NCBI RefSeq assembly: GCF_001194135.2
Contig: NC_068990.1
Location: 44,727,183-44,770,102 of the forward strand
Source: Octopus bimaculoides
Lineage: Eukaryota
Length of the DNA: 42,920 nt
Direction: 5' to 3'
Below, piece after piece: positions 1-11,904 of this stretch. The notes under the pieces were generated by a model. The model had not been told where the DNA came from. It did not search any database and saw nothing but the letters and a program-made list of their open reading frames with translations. How positions within the stretch are numbered: position 1 is the stretch's first letter; every line of letters begins with the position of its first letter. The position numbers were made by a program, and so were the translations under genes.

Positions 1-25
1 CTAGAATAAGAAAGTAATAAACGAG
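1..25 (-). promoter_or_regulatory. Candidate 3' splice acceptor (polypyrimidine tract + TAG); the exon would begin just outside the left edge of the window
   Basis: Minus strand reads ...cgtttattactttcttattcTAG| and ends exactly at position 1. Same strand as the exon at 13452-13608. Confidence 0.45.
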
Positions 26-477
26 TGAAGAGCGAAGGTATAGTGCGTGTGTTTATTTTTGTAAAATAAATTACCAGCCCCAAATACAATGTGTGTGTGT
101 AATCATATATTATATATTATATACTCTCATTCTTTTATTATTTATTCTTTTACTTAGTTTCAGTCTCGTGCTATTAGATCCTTTAAGGATGATTTTCGTC
201 GCTTGTGTCGTTCATAATAATATTTGGTGCGTTACTTATTTTATTGACGTCTGGAAGGTGAGGGTTATAGAAAATATCGTCGCAAAGGCATGTAGCTAAA
301 TACCACACAGCATCGATGCTTTTAGGATTCTACTATTTGATAAAGAAGTAGCGTGACATATTTGCTAGGGTCATGAATAATTTCTGAATTGTAATCAAAT
401 TTACAACATATCTGAGTGTGATATTTTTCAATAATCCTTCTGTTCGTGAAAAATTATCCATTAATACAGTAATTTAA

Positions 478-570
478 AGCGGCGGGTGAACAGAATCGTT
501 AGCACACCGGACAAAATGCTTAGCGGTATTTCTTTACGTTCTGAAATTAAATTCTGCCGAGGTCGAAGTT
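478..570 (+). mobile_element. SINE family A, 5' fragment
   Basis: gcggcgggtgaacagaatcgttagcacaccggacaaaatgcttagcggtattt...gaggtcga matches the head of the 7474-7697 copy. Confidence 0.75.
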
Positions 571-809
571 CTCTCAATTTTGTATAGACCCTGTACTATA
601 TAAGAAGTAAAACAAATAATATAGGTACATTTTGGCAATAAGTACATATTCTTCTGAAACATATTTTCTCAGTTGTTTGCAATACAGTTTCAATTTCTAA
701 GGCTAGTCTACATGCTGAGTTATTCAACTTGATTCTGTAGTTTCATCATTGGCTTGATACTTCCTTGTAATTTTCATTAACGAGATGAAAAAAATACACA
801 CCGGTATAG

Positions 810-1275
810 TTGTGTTTTTTAGAAGTTCACTTTGCAAACGCATATTTTCAGGTTCGGTTCAACTGCGCGGCGCCTTGGGTAAGTGTCTTCTACTATAGGC
901 ACGGGCTGTCCAATGCTTATGAGTGAAATTCGTTGACGAAAACTGTGTGGAAGCCCGCCGTATATAAGCACTTACGCGTCTGTATGCGCATGTGTGTCAA
1001 TGCGTCTTTGTGTTTATGTTTGTCGCTCCCTCCACCGCTTGACAACTATTGTTGGTTTGTTTATATTAGCTTAACTTATCAGTACGGCCGATAAAATATA
1101 TACCAAATATATATAAAATATAAAATATAAAATATAAAATATATATCGGTACGGCTGATAAAATACATACCAAACTTTAAGAAAAAATAAGTAACGGCAC
1201 CGATTTATTCGACTAAAACACTTGAAGGTAAGGCCCCAGCATGATCGCAGTTCAATGACCGAAACAAGTATAACC
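810..1275 (+). mobile_element. tRNA-derived SINE, family C (microsatellite-containing), diverged
   Basis: Colinear with the reverse complement of the full copy at 25244-25649 (ccttgggtaagtgtcttctactatag ... ccccagcatgatcgcagttcaatgaccgaaacaagta). Confidence 0.75.
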
Positions 1276-1920
1276 ATGATATAACCGATAAAATATAAGA
1301 GATAAAATATAAAAGTTAGATAGCTAGATAGATAGATAGAGAGTAACATAACTTATATACATTTCAAACATTTTCAAATGTTTTCCGTTCACGCATATCA
1401 TCAGATAAAATTTTATCGTCTTATCTTTCAATCATGTAATAGCCTGAAACATCAACGCTACGTGTTTCATAAAAAGACAGCTGTTAACAAATAGCTAACC
1501 AAATGGAAAGAACCGATAAACTACTTATTCAAGAGACGAACCTTTTATCAATCAAATCAGTTGCAATCGATGAAAGTTTTTCGTTTTGTTTTGTTTTGTT
1601 TTTTTTGCTTTTGTCTGCTTAGATTTGATTTTTTTTTTATAATACAGTAGTCGTTTTGCAATTAGTTATCAGTTATCTTCAAGCTGCCAAACGATATGTT
1701 AAACACTGTCATCTTCTGATAATCTAAGTTAAGTTTCTGTTTATCCAATAAAGAAATGTGAATCAGTATAAAGTTTCTGATTAGAATGACACACATTTAT
1801 TAAAAACAAAATGTCACTCCTTTTGTTTTAGGAAAACTAGCCGCCGCAAGATCATTTGAAAGAAAACTTGGCAAAATTATCGTCTGCTACCATCACCATC
1901 ACCGCTACTACTACAGCCTC

Positions 1921-1960
<40 letters not shown>
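1921..1960. repeat. (AGT)n microsatellite
   Basis: Direct reading. Confidence 0.95.
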
Positions 1961-3079
1961 TTGTGCAAATTGTTTAAAGGCTTTTCGGTACTTATGATTA
2001 GTTGTCTTGCTGAAAATGTAATTAAAGACATAGATATAGATAAATGAAATAACCAGTCCGATAACATTTTTGACATGTTATCTTGTGAAGGAATATTAAA
2101 TCTAACAGCTATTTTTGTTATTTAATGTAAATTATATTATAGCAATTCGCTTTTGTTTTCTTAGTGAGAGAAAAACTCTTCTTATAATTCCACTACAGCT
2201 ACTAATAAGGATAGTATTATCATTTGTCACATTGGTGACAGATGAGCTGACATTACAAGAAAAATATTACACATATAGACGTATACACATATATTAACCA
2301 TACATACGCACATGCACACGCATATATATATATGTCTGTATGTTCTCATCTGTTTATGATTAATTGAACTCTTTCCTGTAAAGAAGGAGCTGATCTATAA
2401 CAAAGAAACAAAGCTCTATCGCTGGAATGTAGGTAACAAAAGCAATCTCACATTGTGAACTTGAGAAAATGCTTGCATATTTTTACTGTTCAGCGTACAG
2501 ACTGTATTAGCAATGTACGAATTAGTCGGTTGATTTCTTTCTCTAAAAAAAAACTAACTTCGATATTCAGTGCCGGATCTTCAAAATTGGGGCCCTGAAG
2601 CTTAAAATGTTATGTGTACCCCCTATACAACCAACAACAGTAGGATAACATCCAATAAGGGTCAAAGAATGTTCTTGCCCTTGCAAGGAACTCCAGCCTT
2701 GAGGCCCTGGTAGCCCAAATGGTGAAGTGGTTGTGTGGAGTACTTAAAGATGAGTCTGACAGTGAGCCCTCTTTCCACCAGAAACAAGGTGTGGGTAATC
2801 ACCGATATCTTTGTCAATGTGGTTGTTCCATGGCAGATCGCCACAATTTTCTTTACAAATTTAAGCACTACATTTCAGATTGTTATTCTCAAAGTCACTG
2901 GTGTGAACAAATATTTTCCACACTATGCCTTGTACTTTTAGAGTTATGCGGGTTGAAAATAAGGGAAGCATTATATGCATGAATGATGCATCATAAAGAC
3001 ATAAAACATAACAAATACCACAATCTAATATTAATCTTATATTTAAGATACATCTGAAAATTACAAAATACTCGTTTTT

Positions 3080-5035
3080 TCTGTTTTTATATAGCAACGT
3101 ATTCCCTTACAGTTTTGTCATATGAGAGCTTCCTTGCAATATCATTTTCTAGAGACAATATGCATAAGGAATTTAAGCGCTCTTCAGTCATGGAAGACGC
3201 AGGCATTGGCAAGTACATCTTAAGTGCAGTGGTAATATTAGGGAACACTCAAATTCCACCGAGGTCGACTTTGCCTTTCATCCTTTCAAGGTCGATAAAC
3301 TAAGTACCAGTTGCGTACTGAGGTCGATCTAATCGACTGGCCCCCTCCCCAAAACTTTCGGGCCTTGTGCCTAGAGTAGAAAAGAATATTAGGAAACACT
3401 TCAATTAATTGTTGCTCATAAATAAGCTGAAGAATTTCTGTGCATTGCATTTTAGATGGTGTGTTTCTTCTGTATTCCGCGATTTCCTAAGGTGTAAATA
3501 TTCTTTGAACTGATATCACTCATTTATTAATTTGTGGTCGATATCGTCTTTGTAATGCGATATAATAAGTTTGATACTGTCTGCATCAAATTTTGAATTG
3601 TTCATCAGTTCTGACAGAAACTTGAACCTTTTCGCAATCTTCTCATATGGCTCCATCTTCTTGCTTAACTGAATTATCAAACAGTCATAGATTTGGTTTA
3701 GAACTTCTATCCTAAATTTTTCAACCCCTTTCAAAAAAGCCCTATCACTTGTTCCATCTGCAAATTTCTTTGTAACAGAATAATTTGAGGGGATATATTT
3801 ACATAGACCTTTTGCTACTGATTCATAGTGTGAAATCCTGCCGGTTGAATTTTCCCACAGTTCTTTAACAAATGAAAGCAAAGATCCTAGCAGAAATACA
3901 TTGAAATACATTAAAACCAGTGTTTGGAGTTTCTTACTTGTTTTGTTAAAACGCTCCGTAACTTCTTCCCAAACGACTGTTGAAATTGCATATTCCAATT
4001 TTACCAACATGTGGTATAAATTCTTTGCATTTCGCTTACATTCAGGCTTCTTTTCTGAGTCTTCAAACATATATATGTTTGAGAGTTTGTAAAATAACCC
4101 TATATCCATTTTTAATTGCCCAGACTGCTTCATAATGTGCACATCATCTAATTACACTTAAGCTCTTTAGAGAAAAGGCTAGATTGCCCTGTGTTTTTAG
4201 AATCCCCCATCTTCGAGGAGATTGAGAAAACAAAACATACAGCTACTGGAAGATGTCAAAATAGTCAATAACTTCAGGTACAGTAGACACTGCCTTTTAC
4301 CAAACAAGGTTGAGTGAATGGATTGCACATGGTACATAGTCTGCATACCTATTAATGTTTTTAAGAAGTGCTTGTAGCACTTTCTCCAAGCCCTTCATAT
4401 TGGAAGCATCATCGTAAGACTGACCATGAATAGTGAAGGCTTATGCTCCCCCAGAAATTGTGTTATTTTGTTAAACAAGGTCGTGGATGAATGGTTTTCT
4501 ATTGGCAAAAATGCTAAAAATTTTTCACGGGGCTTCCCATTATAACAGTATCGAACCACAATTACCAGCTGGTCAACATGTGTCACGTCAGGTGTATAGT
4601 CAACTATAATTTAGTAGTATTTGGTGTCTAGGTTGTTGATCTGATTTACCACTTCATCTTTCACATGTTTTCCCTTGATTTCTATCAATTCTTCAGACAC
4701 GGATTTGGATAGCTAGGTAATATTTACTTTTTCATTTTTACATTTCTCTAAATATTCATGTAAAAATGGATCAAACTCCGCAATAAGTTCAATGACTCCC
4801 AAGAAATTTCTATTGTTTGGGGAGCGCCATTTTTCCTCATGCTCTCGAAATGCTAAACCTCTTTCACTTAATGACTTTATAACTGCAACAACCCTTTTTA
4901 GTATTTCAAAATAGTACTGCATGTTTTTTTTCCAACTGTTTCTCAAGTTGCTGATCCACAGGGTTTTTATTTGATTTTCGTGTTAGCCAGCTCAACATCG
5001 CCCTTTTATGTTCCATAACTATTAGCCATCAAAAT
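3080..5035 (-). pseudogene. Disrupted hAT transposase coding sequence (track ORFs 3516-4142, 4395-4586 and 4713-4946 are pieces of it)
   Basis: Multiple stops and frameshifts, an in-frame deletion in the hATC domain (the ERSFS motif is missing), and a SINE insertion. Confidence 0.85.
3250..3384 (+). mobile_element. 5'-truncated SINE family A inserted in the hAT transposase, with 16-bp TSD
   Basis: Flanked by aatattagg(g/a)aacact at 3234-3249 and 3385-3400, one mismatch. Confidence 0.9.
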
Positions 5036-5490
5036 CAAGTGCTCTAATTATAGAGTGAAGGAACACAGATATGAGAAACAACGATACACAAAAGAAACAG
5101 CATAAAGCGTCCCAGTATGGAGACAATCAACGAGGGATAGGAAAGTAACACACACAGATTGCTCTGATTTCAAAAACAAATGGCCTCTACTAGCGGTGTT
5201 CTCCTACACACAGGAACTTTCTGACAGAAAACCCATTCAGCCACTATCAACGCCTAAATTTACTAGAGGTTATCACTTATGTTACCGATCTCACTTTCTT
5301 CTAAAGTTGTAACCAGAAGTTGACGTTGGTTTGGCCGAAGACACAAGTCTGTCTTTGTCCACTATACAAGCGCTTTTCAATTTTCTCCACCATACAAGCG
5401 CTTTTGCCATAATTGCCAAACAGACGAAATTTTGCTCTATCCAATCAAAGGAAAACTGAGTGGAGATATTTCAATTGGATTCGGTTTCAC

Positions 5491-5536
5491 AAATACAGAC
5501 AGACAAGCATGCAGGCAGGCAGACAGACAGACAGAA

Positions 5537-5616
<80 letters not shown>

Positions 5617-5617
5617 G

Positions 5618-5672
<55 letters not shown>
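5491..5672. repeat. Compound (CAGA)n(TAGA)n(GA)n microsatellite
   Basis: Direct reading. Confidence 0.95.
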
Positions 5673-5674
<2 letters not shown>

Positions 5675-6004
5675 AGTGCTCTATATGTCTACTGTTACAG
5701 AGGAAACGCCCCACCAAACACACCTTCCCGAAATATGGAAAGAGTTAAATGTTGCACTGACCCACATATCCGTGTTAAAAACAAAACACGCTGAACGACA
5801 AAATACCAAAGGAATTCGCTCGTTTCTATGAGATGTATATATATCTTCACCCACGCAGCAAACCGTCTAGGGTTAACTACATTTAATTAAAACTAAATAA
5901 GTGAGATCAAATCAAAGAAAGAAAATGGAGTACAAATGGAACTGTTTCCGGTTTCTTTCCATTCATTATTCTATGTAATTTCTTTTAATTGTTTTTTAAT
6001 TCAT

Positions 6005-6088
6005 ATTCTATATGTGTGTGTATGTGCATGTATAGGTGGTGTATGTATGCATATATACATACATATATATTCCTAACGGAATACAGCA

Positions 6089-6149
<61 letters not shown>

Positions 6150-6483
6150 ATGTATGTATGTATGCATGTTTGTATATAAGCAAGTATATAATATATATAT
6201 GAATATATAAATGTATATATACATATATACGTTATATACGTGTGTATGTGTGAGTGTGTGTAGATAAAAGATACCAGGGCACATTGTATTTCCGCTACCC
6301 AAGATCACTCACGAGGATTGGTCGATCTCAGAATATGGTAAACGATACTTGCCCAAGGTGCCACGCAATGTGATCGAAAGCTAGCCTCATCATTTCCAAA
6401 CGAACTTATACATATAGAAGTGCATGTGTTTGCATGTCTGTTTCTTTGTATCATTGTTTGTGTGAGTGTGCGCGTGCGCGCGC

Positions 6484-6518
<35 letters not shown>

Positions 6519-6798
6519 TGTGTGTGTCGTTTGTATCAGTCTTTCTGCATGCGTGTTTTGCACGTACACATAAAATGGTAGACTGGGGTTTGTAACAAAT
6601 ATTAAATTTGATTTAAAGTGACACGCAGACAGTTAGAGTGAGAGACAGACAGACAGAAAGAAAGAAAGCTAAACAGATAGATACATAAATAGAAAGACAG
6701 TCAGTCAGGCAGACAGACAGACAGACAGATACATACATACATACATGCATGCATAAATGCATGCATCCATGCATACATACATACCCATGTCTGCATGC

Positions 6799-6858
<60 letters not shown>

Positions 6859-6870
6859 GTAGATAGACGT
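6005..6870. repeat. Microsatellite cluster (TA, TG, TATG, CAGA, TAGA) with a SINE family C 5' fragment (minus strand) at ~6265-6405
   Basis: Direct reading. acttgcccaaggtgccacgca matches family C. Confidence 0.85.
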
Positions 6871-7029
6871 CACTTGTAGATAAGTAAATTAATATATTTC
6901 AGCTAGCCGCCATATCACGTCCGCTGCCATCTTGCCTATCATATATTATATATTATGTACCCCATGTTTTCTACTCGTCTGAACTCTTGAAAAACTTTGG
7001 CATAATGTCTGCCATTTCGTCTTTCAAAT

Positions 7030-7913
7030 GGTTAAAATCATGAATGACAAACAACAACAACAGCCATAACACGATGATGAAAATGATGATGACGATTATG
7101 ATGATCATGATGATGGCGCCGCCGTTTCCGACAACAACGACAATAACAACTACAAATACAAGGACAGCAAAAAGTGCAAACACATGAATGGTGCTGCGTT
7201 GCACTTTAATATCAAGTCTATGTGACGGTGCAGTTGGTCTGCACTTTAGATATCCTTTTCCTTGTTCGAAGTGATGGTGGTGGTGGATTTGGCGGCGGCG
7301 GCGGCGGCGGAGGCAGCAGTGATGGTGTCTGAGATACTAGAGGTGGTGTCAGTCGTAGTGGTGGTGGTGGTGGTGGTGGTGGTGGTTGAGGTGTCGACGT
7401 GGCAATGGTGATAATGGTGGCTCGTGTGCTGGACGAGGCAATATGTGATGTATCATTATTAGTGGTGGTGGAAAGGCGGCGAGATGGCAGAATCGTTAGC
7501 ACGCTGGACGAAATGCTTAGCGGTATTTCGCCCGTCGCTACGTTCTGAGTTCAAATTCCGCCGAGGTCGACTTTGCCTTTCATCCTTTCGGAGTCGATAA
7601 ATTGAGTATCAGTAGAACAGTAGGGGTCAATGTAATCGATTAATCCCCTTCCATCAAATTTCAGGCCTTGTGCCTTTAGTAGAAAGGAAAGGATTATTAG
7701 TGGTGGTGGTCACAATGACTGTGGGGGTCATCCAGTTGATGATGGAGTGAAGGGGTGGGGGTTGAGTAGCAGTACTGATGCGGTGATAATTATGTTGGTT
7801 GAGAAGTGGTATGAGTGGTGGTAGTGGTACTGATGGTGATCGTAGTAATGGTGATGGTGGTGGTGGTCGTGGTGATTGTGGTCTTGGTCGTGGTCGTGGT
7901 CGTGGTGGTTCTA

Positions 7914-7952
<39 letters not shown>

Positions 7953-8015
7953 ATGCTGCAGGTGATGATGATAATGATGATGATGATGAAGACTACGACG
8001 ACGACGACGTGATGT

Positions 8016-8050
<35 letters not shown>

Positions 8051-8580
8051 TGATGATAGCTGCAATGATTGTTGCTGTTGTCGGTGGTGCTGGTGCTGGT
8101 GATGAGGGCGGTTTAGTGGTGCTAGTAAAGGTTGTGTTGGTGGTTGTGGTGATGGTGGTTTTATTTGGATGGAGCCGTGGCATTGGTGGCGGTATTGTAG
8201 TGGTAGTACTAGTGGCGGCGAAGGTTGGCGGTGTTAGTGGTATTGGTGGAGGTGGGGCTACTGTTGCTGCTAGTGGTTGTGGAGAAGGTGATGGTGAACT
8301 TTAGTTAATGTCAAGAGGCAGGAATCAAAACACAACAAACACAACAAACACAAAAACACATTATCGACTGAAGAAAGGACAGGAAGAGGAGGTAGTGTAT
8401 AGAGATGGAGAAGTGGTGAATGAAATCGTAGGAGCTGTTGTTAATAAAGAGTAGGAGGTGGTTGTGGATACTGAAAAGGAAATGGTGAGTGAACAATGGT
8501 AGCACTGTAGTTGTTAATGATGGTTATGGTGGTAGTAGTGGTGGTGGTAGTGGTGGTGGTGGTAGTGGTAGTAGATGGAG
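7030..8580. repeat. Compound trinucleotide low-complexity block (GAT, GGT, GCT, GAC) surrounding the SINE at 7474-7697
   Basis: Direct reading. It is the source of the poly-G/V/M/T ORFs in the track. Confidence 0.9.
7474..7697 (+). mobile_element. SINE family A, near full length
   Basis: ggcggcgagatggcagaatcgttagc (A-box-like) ... ctgagttcaaattccg (B-box-like) ... gcctttcatcctttcggagtcgataaa ... ggccttgtgcctttagtagaaagg, followed by an ATT tail. Confidence 0.85.
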
Positions 8581-9100
8581 AGACGTTGATGCGTCATATG
8601 TAAATAAATATTTGATACATAAAATTTATGTAGCCTTCCAGTTTATTTATAAGTTAAATCCTCAAGGAATTGTGAGCATTTTGATCTGTTTTAAGGAATA
8701 CGAGGTAGTAACAAGACCACGCATTACACAAGAGAATTGGTCTGCTTACAGTTCGGCACCTGGAGAGAAACATGCTCATGTCAGCCAACATCGAGAGTAA
8801 CTGAGTTAGCGATCCCGTTAAGATGCCTGGTGTGTATTTTGAACCAGACCGCTATGTGGATAGATAGTGAGTCAAAGGAAGGAAGTGGTATAGCTTCGGC
8901 GATAGCTTCATCCGTCTTATACGTGATGGCAGTTGTTTGACATAATTCCACAATTCAGCAATAACTGGACACAGGACAAAAACGTATAACGGTTTCGTCA
9001 CTCTGAGCGCATGTCGGACAAGCCAGGCTGACGTCGTTATCCTTACCTGTAGAATTTATCCAAAACTAGCAATATTCTTCAGTACAGTCAAGCCAGAAAT

Positions 9101-9584
9101 CTTCTCTTTGGTCGATTTGTGATCCAGCTTAAATCAAAAACCAAGACTGAAGTGAACACTTGGCGTCTTCAACGATGTCAATCGATTATATTTCTTTACC
9201 ATTTGAGTAGTTGGGCCGGAGATTTCTGGAAGCTCCTTATATCATTGCTCTGAAAATCCAACGGAATAAACCGTTTAGTAGATCTCCTGCGATATCCTGG
9301 TGTCTTCCCAAGAGCGTTATGGCTCTTGGCTACCTAGCCATCTATAAAATGCAACAGTTAACATACCACGTTCTTAAGGAGACACTGGTTATTGACGGAG
9401 ACCTACTGAACAGTTTATTCTGGAGAATTTTCAGAGCAGTGATATAAACAACTTACATTAAATTTCTGGCCTAACTGTCCAACTGATGAAGAACTATAAT
9501 CGATTGACATCATTCAAGATGACAAGTGTTCAGCTCAGTCTTGGTCTTTGATTGAAGCTGGATCACACGTCGATCAAAGAAAAG
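9101..9584. repeat. Long inverted repeat (arms ~9101-9321 and ~9362-9584, 40-nt spacer)
   Basis: Arms align in reverse complement: 75/86 identical over the outer segment, and lower (about 70-75% by eye) over the inner part. Confidence 0.9.
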
Positions 9585-9722
9585 GTTTACGTGAAAATAT
9601 ATCTCACGAACAGCGACCTCTTTTCACTGTTTAGCATTCCCTGCAGATGATACTGGCAGAGTTGATACGCAGAATTTGAATTCAGAATGCAAAAACTTGA
9701 AACAAATGACCTAAGGCATTCT

Positions 9723-10004
9723 TGTTGTGTTGTTGTTGGCACTCCGTTCTCGGGGATATTCAGCGTGACACAGTGTGACAAGGCTCACCCTTTGAATTAC
9801 AGGCACAACAGAAACAGGAAGTAAGAGTGAGAGAAATTTGTGGTGAAAGAGTACAGCAGGGTTCGCCACCATTCCCTGCCGGAGCCTCGTGTAGCTTTAG
9901 GTGTTTTCGCTCAATAAACACTCACAACGCCCGGTCTGGGAATCGAAACTGCGATCCTATGACCGCGAGTCCGCTGCCCTAACCACTGACCCATTGCGCT
10001 TCCA
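9723..10004 (-). mobile_element. SINE family B with internal deletion, 12-bp TSD
   Basis: TSD ctaaggcattct at 9711-9722 and 10005-10016. The 3' segment is deleted at ggcactccgt|tctcgggg. Confidence 0.9.
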
Positions 10005-10444
10005 CTAAGGCATTCTATGCAATGCTCTAACTACTAACCAACTCGCCGCGCACATGCAAGTGCGCATTATCAACCACGGTATACCAAACCCTTCACGCGG
10101 AAGGTGTTGGCAGCAGTTTAGCCTTCTAGTAGGACACGTTCTATTTCAAAAGAAACGAAAGAAGCAGACACTTCAGCCTGATCAGATGAAAACTGGGGCA
10201 AAGCACGATGGTCATGCGATAGTAATAACGAAAGACAGTGAATGCGCTTCCCATCCCTGTCCAACCGTTCAATGATAGTTTGCTCTCGTTCCATTACTGA
10301 GTGAAACTAGCCACTCTTCGTCCCAATTCCTCTCCAACCGGAGGTCTGCTCCGAAGCAGACCCCAAACATTCTAATATAGCCGTAGACCCGTTGCATATA
10401 ACAGGCCGATGTGGACTTGCTTCTCTAGTGGCAACACAGTGCCG

Positions 10445-10899
10445 CCATCATACACACGCAAACACTCACACGCATGCACACACACACACACACACATGCA
10501 CACACACACGCACGCACACACACGCACACACACATGCACACACACATGCACACACATATATACACACACAACTGTCTGTGGATCTATCAATATTCATCTG
10601 TCTATCTGTCAGTTTGCTCTTTTTCTCTTTCTTGCTCTTTGTGTATGTGTGTGTGTGTGTATGCGTGTGTGTGTGTGTGTGTGATTGCATGTGTTTGTGT
10701 GTGCATTTGTGTGTGTGTGTGTCAATACGTGAGTGTTGTGAGTGAGAATTGAGCGAGTGAGCTTCTTGTATGTCAGTATTACAAGATGAAGAAACACTTA
10801 AATGAACAATTCCAAAACAACTGTTAAGAGGCAAAAATATTTGAAATACAATCTACATTATACAGTTATTTTCGTTGTTGTTGCTGTGATTGTTGTTAA

Positions 10900-10960
<61 letters not shown>

Positions 10961-10973
10961 GTTATTATTAGTA

Positions 10974-11008
<35 letters not shown>

Positions 11009-11020
11009 ATCTTTATTATT
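10445..11020. repeat. (CA)n / (TG)n and (ATT)n microsatellites
   Basis: Direct reading. Confidence 0.95.
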
Positions 11021-11065
11021 AAAAATCAAAGAAAAATACATCAAGGGTTTCCTTTCTTGGAATAA

Positions 11066-11309
11066 NNNNNNNNNNNNNNNNNNNNNNNNNNNNNNNNNNN
11101 NNNNNNNNNNNNNNNNNNNNNNNNNNNNNNNNNNNNNNNNNNNNNNNNNNNNNNNNNNNNNNNNNNNNNNNNNNNNNNNNNNNNNNNNNNNNNNNNNNNN
11201 NNNNNNNNNNNNNNNNNNNNNNNNNNNNNNNNNNNNNNNNNNNNNNNNNNNNNNNNNNNNNNNNNNNNNNNNNNNNNNNNNNNNNNNNNNNNNNNNNNNN
11301 NNNNNNNNN
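11066..11309. other. Assembly gap (N run). Other gaps: 13802-14308, 17924-18581, 24671-24752, 28175-28184, 31362-31478, 33612-33762
   Basis: Direct reading. Confidence 0.99.
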
Positions 11310-11371
<62 letters not shown>

Positions 11372-11904
11372 TGTGTGTGTATGTGTATGTTTGTATGTGT
11401 GTGTGTGTGTGCGTACGTGCGTGTATATGCGTGCGTACGCGCGTGTGTGTGTGCGTTCGTGTGTGTTTGTGTGTTTGTACAGTATGTGTGCGAACACACA
11501 ATAAGTTTAGTATAGATAATGCATAGTACTAGTCAGCGATATCTATCTTCCATGTAAATATATACGCATTAAGCCTACTGGTATTTATTTGTTTTTCTAT
11601 ATACATATTACACATTAAATGACATAACAGTGTTGCTATGCTATCTACATTTACTGGAAGATATGGAACGAAGTAAAAACTCCCAGATATAGAGAAATTT
11701 TAAACCATTACTTGGTGATTCTAGTAAAAATATAAATGGTAAGATTTTCTATATGCACATACATATACAAACAAGGAGACAGTAGAAATCGACCATAAAA
11801 TAATAAAATAGAAGAGAACACTGTCTTGTACACTAACTGGTGCAACTTACCTGAATGATGATAAAAGTTCAGTGAGGTGGTCAGAAAAATTGTTTAGGCG
11901 TTGT

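Larger units (their letters stand above)
2568..5035 (-). mobile_element. hAT-superfamily DNA transposon relic (ZMYM1-like/DUF4371-type transposase), 5'-truncated
   Basis: Minus-strand translation across stops and frameshifts gives EHKRAMLSWL..VDQQLEKQL / ILKRVVAVIKSLSERGLAFR..NFLGVIELIAEFDPFL / IIVDYTPDVTHVDQLVIVVRY..REKFLAF / VWEEVTERFNKTSKKLQ / EVFPNITTALKMYLP..SSMTEERLNSLCILSLENDIARKLSY (hATC dimerisation domain). A putative 3' TIR CAGTGCCGGATCT starts at 2568. No partner TIR was found. Confidence 0.85.
8860..10390 (-). mobile_element. Tx1/L1-clade LINE relic (RT C-terminus to zf-RVT), interrupted by SINEs and by an inverted second copy
   Basis: Minus 10385-10030 reads IRMFGVCFGADLRLERNWDE / WNESKLSLNG..YYRMTIVLCP..LLLSFLL / CQHLPREGFGIPWLIMR. 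Minus 9090-8900 reads LA*LY*RILLVLDKFYR / ACPTCAQSDETV-(fs)-VFVLCPVIAELWNYV, the CxxC..ETxxHxFxxCP..LW zf-RVT pattern. Confidence 0.8.

Noticed and set aside
164-258. Plus-strand exon-like segment (tttcag| ... GGAAG|gtgagg)
   Set aside because: Good donor, but no recognisable protein and no partner exon, and it is antisense to the better-supported gene. It cannot be excluded as a non-coding exon.
6960-7020. Possible small minus-strand exon (RNGRHYAKVFQEFRRVENM or TKWQTLCQ..)
   Set aside because: Weak acceptor (AAG, no pyrimidine tract), weak donor and no motif.
9483-9489. Other CTGATGA occurrences (9483, 21602, and minus strand near 1400)
   Set aside because: No correctly spaced stem II, GAAA and NUH elements follow them.
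10342-10362. Small hairpin ggtctgct-ccga-agcagacc
   Set aside because: It falls within Tx1 coding sequence (GVCFGADL on the minus strand). An 8-bp stem is unremarkable.
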